From assembly GCA_043814985.1 (NCBI GenBank), contig JBDRJK010000014.1, positions 1-64,000 of the forward strand: a stretch of DNA of 64,000 nt, given 5' to 3'. Position 1 is the first letter of the stretch; each line of letters opens with the position of its first letter. Below are positions 18,526 through 28,220 of this stretch, one piece after another. The stretch comes from Candidatus Aenigmatarchaeota archaeon (GTDB lineage Archaea; Aenigmatarchaeota; Aenigmatarchaeia; Aenigmatarchaeales; Aenigmatarchaeaceae). The notes beneath the pieces are model-generated. The model did no database searches. It was not told the DNA's origin and was given only the letters and a program-made list of their open reading frames with translations. Made by a program: the position numbers and the translations under genes.

Positions 18526-19629
18526 TTATAAAATTTTGCCATTCTTCATGAACAGCTTGCCGTCAACAAACATCTTGCCGTTCTTCATGTCCTTGAAGAA
18601 ATCCCAGTGCATTGTTGCATCATTCTTGCCACCAAACCCTTTGTTGTCGCCAATAGCAATATGTATTGTGCCTTTTATCTTCTCATCAACTATTGTCATG
18701 CCTCCTGTGGGTTTGGCATTTGGATTTGTACCTATACCTAATTCAGCAATTCTATACTTGTCACCAGTAGCGTTCTTCAAGACATCTTCAAAATTCTTTA
18801 GGCCTTTCTCAACTTTGTAATCAACTACCTTACCATTCTTGAATTTGAACCAAACACCCTTTACTTGTTTGCCGAAATGCCACATACAAGGTAGGTCAAA
18901 GTATATTTCCCCGTTGGCAGATGTTTCAATAGGACAATAATATATCTCCCCTGCTGGAAGGTTCAAAAATCCGCTCCTGCCGTTTTTCCAAAGACCGCAA
19001 CCATTTACAGGGCGTCTCCCTTTCACAGAGAATTTCAAATCAGTGCGCTCTCCTTCTATATGAATTTTATCCGCGTTCTTGAGCTTTCTGATAATCTTTT
19101 TATTGTATTCAAACAGCTTGAGGGGATCAGTACCCAAAGTCTTCCAGAAGATGTCATTCAATTTTTTGAAGGATACACCCATGGCTTTTGCATTTTCCTT
19201 GGTAGGATAGCCTAATAAGACAGACTTTATTGTTTTTTTAACAACTCTTCTGTTTCTTATATCTCTGATCGGCTTGAATGCCTTTACCCTACTCATGATT
19301 TTATCTTGGGGCAACTGCTTTTCAATATAAGGATTTGAATCATCAAGATGTATCTCCACATCAACATTCTTCGCAAAAAATCTTGAAAACTTAGGTATTC
19401 TTTTCAGGTATTTTAACTTGGTGTCCTTATATATTTTCAAAACAAGCTCGTCACTGGCATATCTTAAGGAAGGGTTGGCACCAATTATTGCAGCCTCGTA
19501 CGCCAGCATTTCTGCGAATTTAACAGAAGTCGACCCTGAAGAAATAACAACATACTCTTTTTCCTTGACATACATGCTCTTTCTGATGATGTTCCTTGCT
19601 ATTCTCTGCATCTGTGCCTTTGAAATCAT
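18526..19629 (-). CDS. M29 family aminopeptidase (AmpS/AmpT-like)
   Basis: NLPAGE, AELGIGTN, DEKIKGTIHIAIG, HWD. Confidence 0.9.
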   Translation of the reverse strand: MISKAQMQRIARNIIRKSMYVKEKEYVVISSGSTSVKFAEMLAYEAAIIGANPSLRYASDELVLKIYKDTKLKYLKRIPKFSRFFAKNVDVEIHLDDSNPYIEKQLPQDKIMSRVKAFKPIRDIRNRRVVKKTIKSVLLGYPTKENAKAMGVSFKKLNDIFWKTLGTDPLKLFEYNKKIIRKLKNADKIHIEGERTDLKFSVKGRRPVNGCGLWKNGRSGFLNLPAGEIYYCPIETSANGEIYFDLPCMWHFGKQVKGVWFKFKNGKVVDYKVEKGLKNFEDVLKNATGDKYRIAELGIGTNPNAKPTGGMTIVDEKIKGTIHIAIGDNKGFGGKNDATMHWDFFKDMKNGKMFVDGKLFMKNGKIL

Positions 19630-19719
19630 ATTATCTATATGTAAGAGTTAAATAAAATGTTTTGCTCTATTAATAAAAAGAAGAAACTGAAGAGAAAAAA
19701 ATACTCTTCAGGTTAAAAA

Positions 19720-20886
19720 TTATTTCAAGTCCTGCAGCGTCATTATTGAAACACCGCCCTGGTCCCTTACTCTACCAACCTTCATTCCAACAATGTATTT
19801 TATCCCATAGTCGCCACATTGGTTGACTAGCTTTTGGTCGATGTCACCGTCAAATATCAATGCTTCGGCGGATAAGCCCTTCATTGTAGAGAACATCTCC
19901 TTCACAGGAACCCTCCCAAGAATATTCATACCAGCATCAAGGAAGCATGCTGCTCTTGTGCCAACCAAGTCCTCCAGAACAGACTTGTACTTTACAAGCT
20001 TGGTGGAATCTATCTTTGGCGCCTGCCTTCTTGGTGTGCTCTGCTCCTTTCTGGCACTTGTTCTTCTTGGTGTTCTGACATCTTTTGCAGGAACCCTCTC
20101 CCTAAGTGCCTTATATATTTCCTTTTTTTGAAGTTCCTCAACTTCCTTTCCACTAGGTGCTCTTGCCACAAAATCAATTTCACACACAGACTTCAACTCC
20201 TTCAGGATAAGATCTCCACCCCTGTCGCCGTCAAGGAAGGCTGTTGTTGTCTTGTCTTTTGTCAGACCAACTATTGCTGGTGGGATTGATGTGCCCTCTA
20301 TTGCGATTGAATTCTTTATACCGTTCTTCAAAAGGGTCATGACATCAGCCCTTCCCTCAACAATTATTATTTCATTGTAAGACTCGATGTTCGGACCAGA
20401 GGTTAAGCCCTGATAGTTTCCTAATTCCCCACCTCTTATTGCTTCCTTCATCTGCTCTGTTATTATGTCTGTGTCTGGCGCTCCTTCGTCGAATATTTTC
20501 TCCAGAAGGTTCTTTGCCCTGTCTATGACGTATTTTCTCTTAGCTGTTCTAACATCATTTATCTTCTCTATGAAGAGCTTTGCATTGCAGGGACCAACCC
20601 TCTCTATTGTCTCAACAGAAGCAGCAATCAAAGCTGTCTCCGAGCTGTCTAGAGATGAAGGTATGGTGATTATTCCTGATGTCTTGCCGTTTGTTGTATT
20701 CAATTCAACATCAATCCTTCCAATCCTTCCTGTCTTTTGTAACTCTCTAAGTTCCATGTCAGGCCCTAACAGGCCTTCGGTCTGGCCGAAGACAGCACCT
20801 ATGACATCAGGCTTCTCCACAGTGCCTTCTGCCTCGAACCTGGCAACTATGGTATATTTTGAAGTAGCTTGAGCTAATTTACTCAT
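19720..20886 (-). CDS. dnaG: archaeal DnaG (Toprim, exosome-associated)
   Basis: VEKPDVIGAVFGQTEGLLG, IIVEGRADV, DGDRGG. Confidence 0.97.
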   Translation of the reverse strand: MSKLAQATSKYTIVARFEAEGTVEKPDVIGAVFGQTEGLLGPDMELRELQKTGRIGRIDVELNTTNGKTSGIITIPSSLDSSETALIAASVETIERVGPCNAKLFIEKINDVRTAKRKYVIDRAKNLLEKIFDEGAPDTDIITEQMKEAIRGGELGNYQGLTSGPNIESYNEIIIVEGRADVMTLLKNGIKNSIAIEGTSIPPAIVGLTKDKTTTAFLDGDRGGDLILKELKSVCEIDFVARAPSGKEVEELQKKEIYKALRERVPAKDVRTPRRTSARKEQSTPRRQAPKIDSTKLVKYKSVLEDLVGTRAACFLDAGMNILGRVPVKEMFSTMKGLSAEALIFDGDIDQKLVNQCGDYGIKYIVGMKVGRVRDQGGVSIMTLQDLK

Positions 20887-21232
20887 TTTTAACACCCCTT
20901 AATTCCTCTATTTTTCTTATTTTCATTCTTGTAAACAGAAAACCTATCTCTCGTCTAGTTTCTCTGTCCACTTTGTAACCAAGGGATTGAAGAAAAATGT
21001 TAAGCTTTTTTGCTATTTCCTTTCCTGCTGCATCGAAGTCAGTTAGTACTATGACTTCTTTGCCTCTGATGTCCTCTGCGGTTTCGTACAAGCCGCGATT
21101 TATTGTTATTATTTTGGTAAAACCAAATAAACATAAAGCTTCTTTGTCTCGTTTTCCTTCAACTATTACTTGCCTATCCTTGATTTCCTCAAGGATTTTG
21201 AATAGCTGTTCTTCAATCTCTTGATTTAACAT
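20879..21232 (-). CDS. small Toprim-domain protein
   Basis: VIVEGKRD, VLTDFDAAG. Confidence 0.9.
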   Translation of the reverse strand: MLNQEIEEQLFKILEEIKDRQVIVEGKRDKEALCLFGFTKIITINRGLYETAEDIRGKEVIVLTDFDAAGKEIAKKLNIFLQSLGYKVDRETRREIGFLFTRMKIRKIEELRGVKNE

Positions 21233-21255
21233 ATTAAATCCAAAGCTATTTAAAA

Positions 21256-21804
21256 TTAAAGTTCTGCTGCCTCTTCACTACAGGAATCGCAGACCCACTT
21301 GTCATTGATGCTGTGCAGCTCTTCAGAATAGTTGCCACAAAGATCACAGTCACCACTGTTTGTCTCTTCTGGCATCTTCATTATTTCCTCTATTCTCAAA
21401 TGCTCTGTAAGAACCTCCAATGCTGATGGTGCTACCTTTGCTATTTCCCTTGCAGAAACAATGCCTATTAGCTTCCCCATTGAAATAACAGGTATTCTCT
21501 CATATTTGTTCTTGGACATTAAGGCTGCTGCTTCAGAAATATCCTGTTCAGGCGTGCATGTAATCAACTTAGTTGTCATAATGTCCTTCAAAAAAGCCTT
21601 TGATGCTAGCAAGTCAAGAGCAGCTATCTTGTTCACAACGTCTTCCCTTGTGACAATACCAATAGGATCCTTACCCTCACAGATTATGAGACTACCAACA
21701 CCTTCCTTCTTCATTATTTTAGATCCTTCTAGAACTGTCTGGTCAGGCATTGCTGTGACAACCCTGTTTACCATAGCGTCTTTTACTTTGATACCTGTAG
21801 CCAT
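21256..21804 (-). CDS. CBS-pair protein with C-terminal Zn ribbon
   Basis: Two CBS repeats plus CDLC...CDSC. Confidence 0.9.
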   Translation of the reverse strand: MATGIKVKDAMVNRVVTAMPDQTVLEGSKIMKKEGVGSLIICEGKDPIGIVTREDVVNKIAALDLLASKAFLKDIMTTKLITCTPEQDISEAAALMSKNKYERIPVISMGKLIGIVSAREIAKVAPSALEVLTEHLRIEEIMKMPEETNSGDCDLCGNYSEELHSINDKWVCDSCSEEAAEL

Positions 21805-21889
21805 ATTATATTTCTTTCCCAAGACAATTTAAAAACATAGGTTTAGCCCAATTAGTTAATTTTTTAAGTTTATTCGTCAAATTAATAAC

Positions 21890-22606
21890 ATGGATACACA
21901 AAGCCTGTCAAAGGAAAAGTTCGCAAAGAGGATAGCAGGTGAGATAGTTCTTAGTAATGAAGCTGGACAAGTAATCAAAAAGTGGAGAAATGTTTTCAAG
22001 ATACCACAGAGAAGGCTTGCTGATGAAATGAAGATAATGCCTTCTGTTATATCAGACTATGAGAACGGGAGAAGGAAGTCACCGGGGATAAAGATGATTA
22101 AGAAGATTGTTGAGTCATTGATAAACATTGATGAGAGACGTGGCGGCAAGATAATACAGGAGTTTGCCGAGTTGCCAACACAGGCTGTCCTTTCAGAGGC
22201 TGTTCTGGATATGAGGGAGTTCGACGTCCCAATAACAATTAGGGATTTCTGTAATAGTGTTGATGCTTCTGTTGTCGTGAGGAAGGATTTAGAAGAAAAG
22301 AAGATTTATGGTTATACAGTAATAGACTCATTGAAAGCCATAATGGACCTTTCTCCAATGGACATGGTCAAACTTTACGGCCTGACAAGCGAGAGGGTTC
22401 TGATATTCACAGGAGCCAACAGTGGAAGGAGCTCGATGGTTGCTCTCAAAGTGACAAACCTGAGGCCCGGCCTAGTCATACTACATGGTTCTGAGAGGTT
22501 AGATGATCTGGCAAAAAGGATAGCAGAATTAGAGTCAATACCTCTTGGTACAGTAAGGTCAAAGAACACAGACGACTTTCTGAAGAAGTTGAAAAAATCT
22601 TTCTAG
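21890..22606 (+). CDS. XRE-family HTH transcriptional regulator (conserved archaeal)
   Basis: IAGEIVLS, QRRLADEM...SVISDYENGRRKSPG, SGRSSMVA. Confidence 0.88.
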   Translation: MDTQSLSKEKFAKRIAGEIVLSNEAGQVIKKWRNVFKIPQRRLADEMKIMPSVISDYENGRRKSPGIKMIKKIVESLINIDERRGGKIIQEFAELPTQAVLSEAVLDMREFDVPITIRDFCNSVDASVVVRKDLEEKKIYGYTVIDSLKAIMDLSPMDMVKLYGLTSERVLIFTGANSGRSSMVALKVTNLRPGLVILHGSERLDDLAKRIAELESIPLGTVRSKNTDDFLKKLKKSF

Positions 22607-22900
22607 ACACCCCCCCATTACTTGTCGAACTCGAGTTTATAATTAAAAATATTTTTTTATATAATTATATATAACAATGTTATATGAAATGAAGGTTAAC
22701 CTTTTAGTTTGACCTTTTCTTCTCATGAAGATTGTAGTAGAAACCATAGGGTGTTTACTTCTTGTGGAAATATAACAGCGTTATTTATGTTCACATAACC
22801 TTCACAGAGGTGTTTTCCTTAGGAAATGGGGGGGTTAACGTGAAGTAAATTATATATATGTTAATATGTTTAATTACAAAAGAAACAAAGGTTTCATTTG
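22607..22900. other. probable chromosomal replication origin (oriC)
   Basis: Directly upstream of cdc6; inverted ACCCCCCCATT (22609) / AATGGGGGGGT (22825) G-strings; ORB-like TTTCCTTAGGAAA (22814), TAGAAACCATAGGGT and TTGTGGAAA; AT-rich tract at about 22637-22690. Confidence 0.75.
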
Positions 22901-22917
22901 AAATATCGGTGACTTTT

Positions 22918-24114
22918 TTGAACAAAGACGAAAACATATTTACTAAATTCTTACAGACTAAACCTATCTTTTCTAATAGGGACGTGTTAACTATTTCTTT
23001 CACACCAGAAACAATACCCCACAGGGAGAAGCAAGTTAATGATCTTGGAAGAATTTTGACTCCTGCTCTGAAGAATGGAAGACCCAGTAATGTATTCCTA
23101 TATGGAAGAACAGGTACAGGGAAGACATTGGTTTCCAGATTTGTAGGTTCTGAATTGGAAAAAATGAGCGAGCAGAATGGAAACAACGTGAAGACCATCT
23201 ATGTTAATTGTAAAATGAAGAGAGTGGCTGACACAGAGTATAGATTATTGGCAGAGTTATCTAAGAAATTAGGGAAAACAGTCCCATTTACTGGTTTACC
23301 AACAGACCAAGTATACCAAATATTCTTCGAAACCTTGGAAAAACAGGGCAAGACAATAATCCTGATTATTGATGAGATAGATGCCTTAGTCCAGAAGACT
23401 GGTGATGAGATTCTCTACAACCTGACTAGGATCAACCAGGAGCTGAAAAACTCAAAATTATCCATAATCGGCATAACAAACAACCTTGGTTTCATAGAAA
23501 GCTTGGATCCAAGGGTGAAAAGCTCCCTGAGTGAGGAAGAGCTCATATTTCCACCTTACAATGCCTTGCAGCTACAGGAAATCCTGAGAAAAAGGTCTGC
23601 AGTAGCGTTCGTATCAGATGTTCTTGGTGTTGGTGTCATAGAGAAGTGCGCTGCTCTGGCTGCTCAGGAGCATGGAGATGCAAGAAGAGCCTTGGATTTG
23701 TTAAGAGTTTCAGGAGAGTTAGCAGAGAGGAACGCAGATGAGAAGGTAAGCATAAAGCATGTTGATTTGGCAGAGGAAAAAATAGATGTAGATAGGGTAG
23801 TGGAGACGGTGAAGGCCCAGCCAAGACAGAGCCAAGCTGTCCTCTTTTCAATGGTTCAGCTAGCTGAGAAGAACAGAGAAATACAAACTGGTGAGGTCTT
23901 TGACAAATATAATGATTTATGCAGGGAACAGGGGCTGAAGCCTTTAACAACTAGAAGGGTATCTGACCTAATATCTGAATTGGACCTTTTCGGCATAATA
24001 AACACCAAAATAATATCCAGGGGAAGACATGGAAGGACGAGAGTCATAACACTAAGTCTGTCTGATACTGTCTACAACAAGTTAAAAAGTCTTTTAGAAG
24101 AGATATTCATATGA
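22918..24114 (+). CDS. cdc6: Orc1/Cdc6 replication initiator
   Basis: PETIPHRE, YGRTGTGKT, IIDEID, LDPRVKSSL, HGDARRALDLLR, C-terminal wHTH; TTG start after GGTGA RBS chosen over ORF-track 22858. Confidence 0.97.
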   Translation: MNKDENIFTKFLQTKPIFSNRDVLTISFTPETIPHREKQVNDLGRILTPALKNGRPSNVFLYGRTGTGKTLVSRFVGSELEKMSEQNGNNVKTIYVNCKMKRVADTEYRLLAELSKKLGKTVPFTGLPTDQVYQIFFETLEKQGKTIILIIDEIDALVQKTGDEILYNLTRINQELKNSKLSIIGITNNLGFIESLDPRVKSSLSEEELIFPPYNALQLQEILRKRSAVAFVSDVLGVGVIEKCAALAAQEHGDARRALDLLRVSGELAERNADEKVSIKHVDLAEEKIDVDRVVETVKAQPRQSQAVLFSMVQLAEKNREIQTGEVFDKYNDLCREQGLKPLTTRRVSDLISELDLFGIINTKIISRGRHGRTRVITLSLSDTVYNKLKSLLEEIFI

Positions 24115-25016
24115 ACCATATTCGCGTCAAGAATCTGATTAGTTCTGGTTTTCTTGTAAACGGTGAGATAGCTTCTAACATAGAGGCCTTAAGCGAGGAT
24201 GATTTTCTTCTGCTGCAAGAGAAATTAAAAAAGGAAAAAGCCTTTGTTTTGTCAAAGGAACTCATTAACAGACTTCTAACCAAGGAAATAGAAATTCTAA
24301 GCCAGTTCAAGCCTGTTGAGGCTATAACTATTCAGGACTTTGTTAAGACATTGAATGAACGCTATAGTTTTCTACAAGGCATCCTGCTGGATAAAGTTGA
24401 ATTAAAGAATATTGTTTCAATAAACAAGGCCGGTAACGGTGACGTTAGCATAATAGGGCTTGTTAAGGAGATATCTGAAAAGGATAGCAATACTCTTGTC
24501 GTTCTAGAGGACCCAACAGGCAGCATTGAAACAGTAATTGACAAAAAAATAGCTGAAAGGCTCTGTTTGGATGATGTTGTTGCTGTAACGGGAAAAATAA
24601 ACAATAGAACTCTCTCTGTAGATAAGCTTCTATTCCCCAATATTCCCCTAAGGCCTGTCAATTACAGTAAAGAAAGTGTAAGAATAGCCTTTTCAGAAAA
24701 CGGGAAGAAAATAGGTGCGGATTATGTTATATACAAGAACAAAATCCGGGACAACATAAAGAACAAGTCATATGAAATATCATGTCCATGCTTTGTCAAG
24801 ATAAAGAATGTGACCGTTTTGGTTGTTTTCAACACTGATCCTATTAACCTGCTGAACAAAAGGTATGCGAATATATGCAACAGGGACTTGCTGGTAAAGA
24901 CAATCCCAGACATTCTATTCACCAACAATGGTAAAAACATGAGCTACAAGGGTGTCAGCATAGTATCATTAGATAATGTGATTGATTTGAAAACAAGGGA
25001 AGTTAAACAAGTTTAG
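24111..25016 (+). CDS. degenerate DNA polymerase D small subunit (DP1) homolog lacking exonuclease motifs
   Basis: DFVKTLNERYSFLQ, OB fold (IIGLVKE, LEDPTG, DDVVAVTG), PDILF, YKGV, IDLKT; canonical position after cdc6; only 301 aa. Confidence 0.8.
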   Translation: MNHIRVKNLISSGFLVNGEIASNIEALSEDDFLLLQEKLKKEKAFVLSKELINRLLTKEIEILSQFKPVEAITIQDFVKTLNERYSFLQGILLDKVELKNIVSINKAGNGDVSIIGLVKEISEKDSNTLVVLEDPTGSIETVIDKKIAERLCLDDVVAVTGKINNRTLSVDKLLFPNIPLRPVNYSKESVRIAFSENGKKIGADYVIYKNKIRDNIKNKSYEISCPCFVKIKNVTVLVVFNTDPINLLNKRYANICNRDLLVKTIPDILFTNNGKNMSYKGVSIVSLDNVIDLKTREVKQV

Positions 25017-25048
25017 TATTTTTAAGTTTAACCTTTCAATGTAATTAA

Positions 25049-25507
25049 ATGTTCAATATATATTTTAGGCCAGATGAAATTTCACGTCTGAAAAGGACTG
25101 TTACAACGGCAAATGTAAGAGACTTGGGAAATGATATAGCCTCCATTGAAAGATTATATGAGAGTTTTGGCAGCAAACTTCAAAAGAATTTTACTGTTGG
25201 AAAGAAAGGTATTTGGTCTGATAACGCTGCTTTATCAAAATATTCAGGCACAAAAACACCAAAATATCTAAAATGTGATTTTGTTAGAATTAAAAACAAC
25301 TCACTCAATCCTAAAGGCATTTTAATGTTTGATTCTAAAGGACATTCTGCCTGTCTGAATGGTGAAGCTAAAACAGTTGACCAGATTATAGAAATTGAAA
25401 GAAACAAAAGTTTTATTGATAGCTGCATCAACGCATACTATAGTGAAAGGGTGCTAAAGGTAATGGAGAAGGACTGTCATTTTGTAATAAAAGAACCAAT
25501 TCTTTAA
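25049..25507 (+). CDS. hypothetical protein
   Basis: 152-aa ORF between the DP1-like gene and polB. Confidence 0.55.
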   Translation: MFNIYFRPDEISRLKRTVTTANVRDLGNDIASIERLYESFGSKLQKNFTVGKKGIWSDNAALSKYSGTKTPKYLKCDFVRIKNNSLNPKGILMFDSKGHSACLNGEAKTVDQIIEIERNKSFIDSCINAYYSERVLKVMEKDCHFVIKEPIL

Positions 25508-25546
25508 CCAAAAAGCCTTTAAATCTTTTAGACCTATAAGAGTGTT

Positions 25547-28195
25547 ATGGAAATCCAAATTCTTGATTGCGACTACATAGTTCTTAACAACAAGCCGATA
25601 GTCAGGATATTTGGAAAGACAATGGAAGGCAAGAGTGTTTGCGTTTTGCATAAGGACTTCCTGCCATATTTCTACCTTCACGCTGATGAGAAGAAGTATC
25701 CTGAGATTATGATGAACATACATGAGGATTATCCTGGTTTGGTGATTGAGACAGTTGAGAGAAATATGCCAATAGGGTTCCAGGACCCAGTAAAAGTCCT
25801 CAAGATAACAGGAGACAATCCTGCAAAAATAAGGGAGATAAGGGAAGCCCTTTCAAAGTTCGGTACGCCATACGAGGCAGATGTTCTTTTCAAGTACAGG
25901 TTCATGGCAGACCACGATCTGAAGGGTATGGGGTGGATAGATGTTGAGGGCAGCTTCAAAAAAACCAGCATAGTAAAGTGCAGCGCCCTGGATGCGAAAT
26001 CAATCAAACCCATTGAGAAAATGAAGAATGCCCCTTTGAGATACCTTTCACTTGACATTGAATGCCTTTCAAACGGACAGAGAGTCCCAACACCTGAGAA
26101 GGACAACATAATAATTATAAGCCTCGCGTTCTCGCCGGATTATAAGAGAAAAAAGACGCTTGTTTTGTTGGCTAAACAAACAAGGGCAAGAGGAGAGGAT
26201 ATAATCTCTTCCTCCAGTGAGAAGGAGATGCTGGAAAAATTGAATGACATTATAAATGACTACGATCCTGACATCATATGCGGCCATAACATAAACGGTT
26301 TCGACCTCCCCTTTATCCTGAAGCGCATGGAAATATTCAATGTTCCAAGAAACATAGGAAGGTCTGAGAAAAGCGCATATACCAGGAAATTACAATATAG
26401 CTACATTCCAAGCATTTCAGGAAGAGTTGTTGTTGACACCTTTGAAATTTACAAGAGCGACCCATGGGTCAAGTTAAAGAGGTATAATCTGGAGACAATC
26501 TCGCAAAAAATGCTTGGTGTTGGAAAGGTTGAGATAGGAGGGAGCCATCCAGACCAGATACGTGAGATGTGGAACGGTAAGGAAATAGGCAAGCTTGTAG
26601 ACTATGCCAGAATGGATGCTGTTCTTGTTCTTAGGCTTGTTGAGGAAAAGAACTTGCTTGGCAAGTTCTTCGAAATATCGAAACTATCAGGAGTCCTGCT
26701 GCAGGACAGCCTTGGCGGGCAGTCGCAGAGGCATCAGATAAGACTGTTGGGAGAGTTCTACAAAAGAAAGTTCATAATGCCATGTAGGCCGGATGATGTT
26801 ACGACCAGATTAAAGGACGACAAATTGAAGGGAGCTTTGGTATTGGAACCTGACGTTGGTCTTCATGAATGGATAATATGTCTTGACTTCACCAGCATGT
26901 ATCCATCATTAATCACATCATTCAATATCTGTACGACAACCCTTCTTAACGATGAAAGGGATGTTGAAAGCATGTCAACACCCTACGGAACTAGATATGT
27001 CAAGCCAAGCGTTCGTAAGGGGATTATACCTCAAGTTTTAGAGGAATATATGATTAAGAGAGCCGAGGCAAAAAAACAATACAAGATTGAGACAGACCAG
27101 GAAACCAGAAGAATATTGAAGGCAAAGCAGCTCGCTCTCAAGGACTTAGCGAACAGCCTCTATGGTTACACTGGCTATGCTAGGTCAAGACTCTTCGTCA
27201 TGAGCATAGCAAACTCAATAACATCTCTTGGTAGGGACGCAATAACAAAGACAAAAAAGTTGATAGAGGATAATTATCCTGTAAAAGTGATTTATGCTGA
27301 CACAGATTCTGTTTTTCTAAAGTCTAATATAAAGGATTTGGAAGAGTCAATGGAGTTTGGTGCTGAAATATCCAAGTTCATTTCAAACAAACTCTACGGT
27401 CTTGATCTAAAGTTCGAAAAGACTTACAAATCATTTTTAATTTTGGCCAAGAAGAGGTATGCAGGATGGGCCTTTGAAAAGGAGAATGGAAAATGGATTA
27501 GTAAAATTGATATGAAAGGAATTGAGACTGTTAGAAGGGACTGGTGTGAGATGGTCTCAAGCACAACATTCGATGTACTGAATATTATTTTGAAGGAGAA
27601 TGATATTAAAAAAGCCTCGAAGTATGTCAGGAACATTATTAATGATCTAGCAAAGGGCAAGATTTCTCTTGATATGTTGAAAATTACCAAAGGAGTCTCA
27701 AAGCCTCTGGACAAATACGATGGCATCCAACCTCATGTAGAGCTTGCAAAAAAGTTGATGAAGAGGGACAAAACAAAGTCGCTAGTTGGCCAGCGTTTAG
27801 AATATGTCATAATACGGGGTAACCAACTCTTATCAAAGAGAGCCGAGGACCCGAAATATGTTATAGAAAACAATCTGAAGATAGACCCGCAATATTATAT
27901 TTACAACCAATTGCTGCCGCCGCTGGAAAGGATTTTTGAAGTGTGCGGCATCAGTTCTTCTGAACTGATAGAAGGTGTGAGGCAGAAGAGCCTGCTTGAT
28001 ATTTTTGATGGACAAAAAAAACAGATGTCGCCTGAAAATACAGTTCTGAAAGAATTTGAGTCGGTTGTGTGCAAGGACTGCGACTGGAATTTTAGGAGAC
28101 CGACATTGACTGGTAAATGCCCAAAATGTTCTGGAACTTTATATTTTTCTTCAAAAGGTTCCATTGGAAAGACAGTCCAATTTAACAAACCTTAA
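25547..28195 (+). CDS. polB: family B DNA polymerase with PIP box and C-terminal Zn finger
   Basis: Exo DIE, HNINGFD, YARMD; Pol DFTSMYPS, KDLANSLYGY, YADTDS; QKSLLDIF; CKDC...CPKC. Confidence 0.97.
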   Translation: MEIQILDCDYIVLNNKPIVRIFGKTMEGKSVCVLHKDFLPYFYLHADEKKYPEIMMNIHEDYPGLVIETVERNMPIGFQDPVKVLKITGDNPAKIREIREALSKFGTPYEADVLFKYRFMADHDLKGMGWIDVEGSFKKTSIVKCSALDAKSIKPIEKMKNAPLRYLSLDIECLSNGQRVPTPEKDNIIIISLAFSPDYKRKKTLVLLAKQTRARGEDIISSSSEKEMLEKLNDIINDYDPDIICGHNINGFDLPFILKRMEIFNVPRNIGRSEKSAYTRKLQYSYIPSISGRVVVDTFEIYKSDPWVKLKRYNLETISQKMLGVGKVEIGGSHPDQIREMWNGKEIGKLVDYARMDAVLVLRLVEEKNLLGKFFEISKLSGVLLQDSLGGQSQRHQIRLLGEFYKRKFIMPCRPDDVTTRLKDDKLKGALVLEPDVGLHEWIICLDFTSMYPSLITSFNICTTTLLNDERDVESMSTPYGTRYVKPSVRKGIIPQVLEEYMIKRAEAKKQYKIETDQETRRILKAKQLALKDLANSLYGYTGYARSRLFVMSIANSITSLGRDAITKTKKLIEDNYPVKVIYADTDSVFLKSNIKDLEESMEFGAEISKFISNKLYGLDLKFEKTYKSFLILAKKRYAGWAFEKENGKWISKIDMKGIETVRRDWCEMVSSTTFDVLNIILKENDIKKASKYVRNIINDLAKGKISLDMLKITKGVSKPLDKYDGIQPHVELAKKLMKRDKTKSLVGQRLEYVIIRGNQLLSKRAEDPKYVIENNLKIDPQYYIYNQLLPPLERIFEVCGISSSELIEGVRQKSLLDIFDGQKKQMSPENTVLKEFESVVCKDCDWNFRRPTLTGKCPKCSGTLYFSSKGSIGKTVQFNKP

Positions 28196-28220
28196 ATTCT
28201 CTTACTTCTAATCATTATGA

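Noticed and set aside
24111..25507. DP1 split or frameshifted into the 25049 ORF
   Set aside because: The DP1-like ORF already ends with the usual terminal motif (IDLKT), and the next ORF has no phosphoesterase motifs.
7674..28195. Inteins in RadA, NrdD, Cdc6 or PolB
   Set aside because: Lengths are normal, motifs are contiguous, and no C...HN splice junctions were seen.
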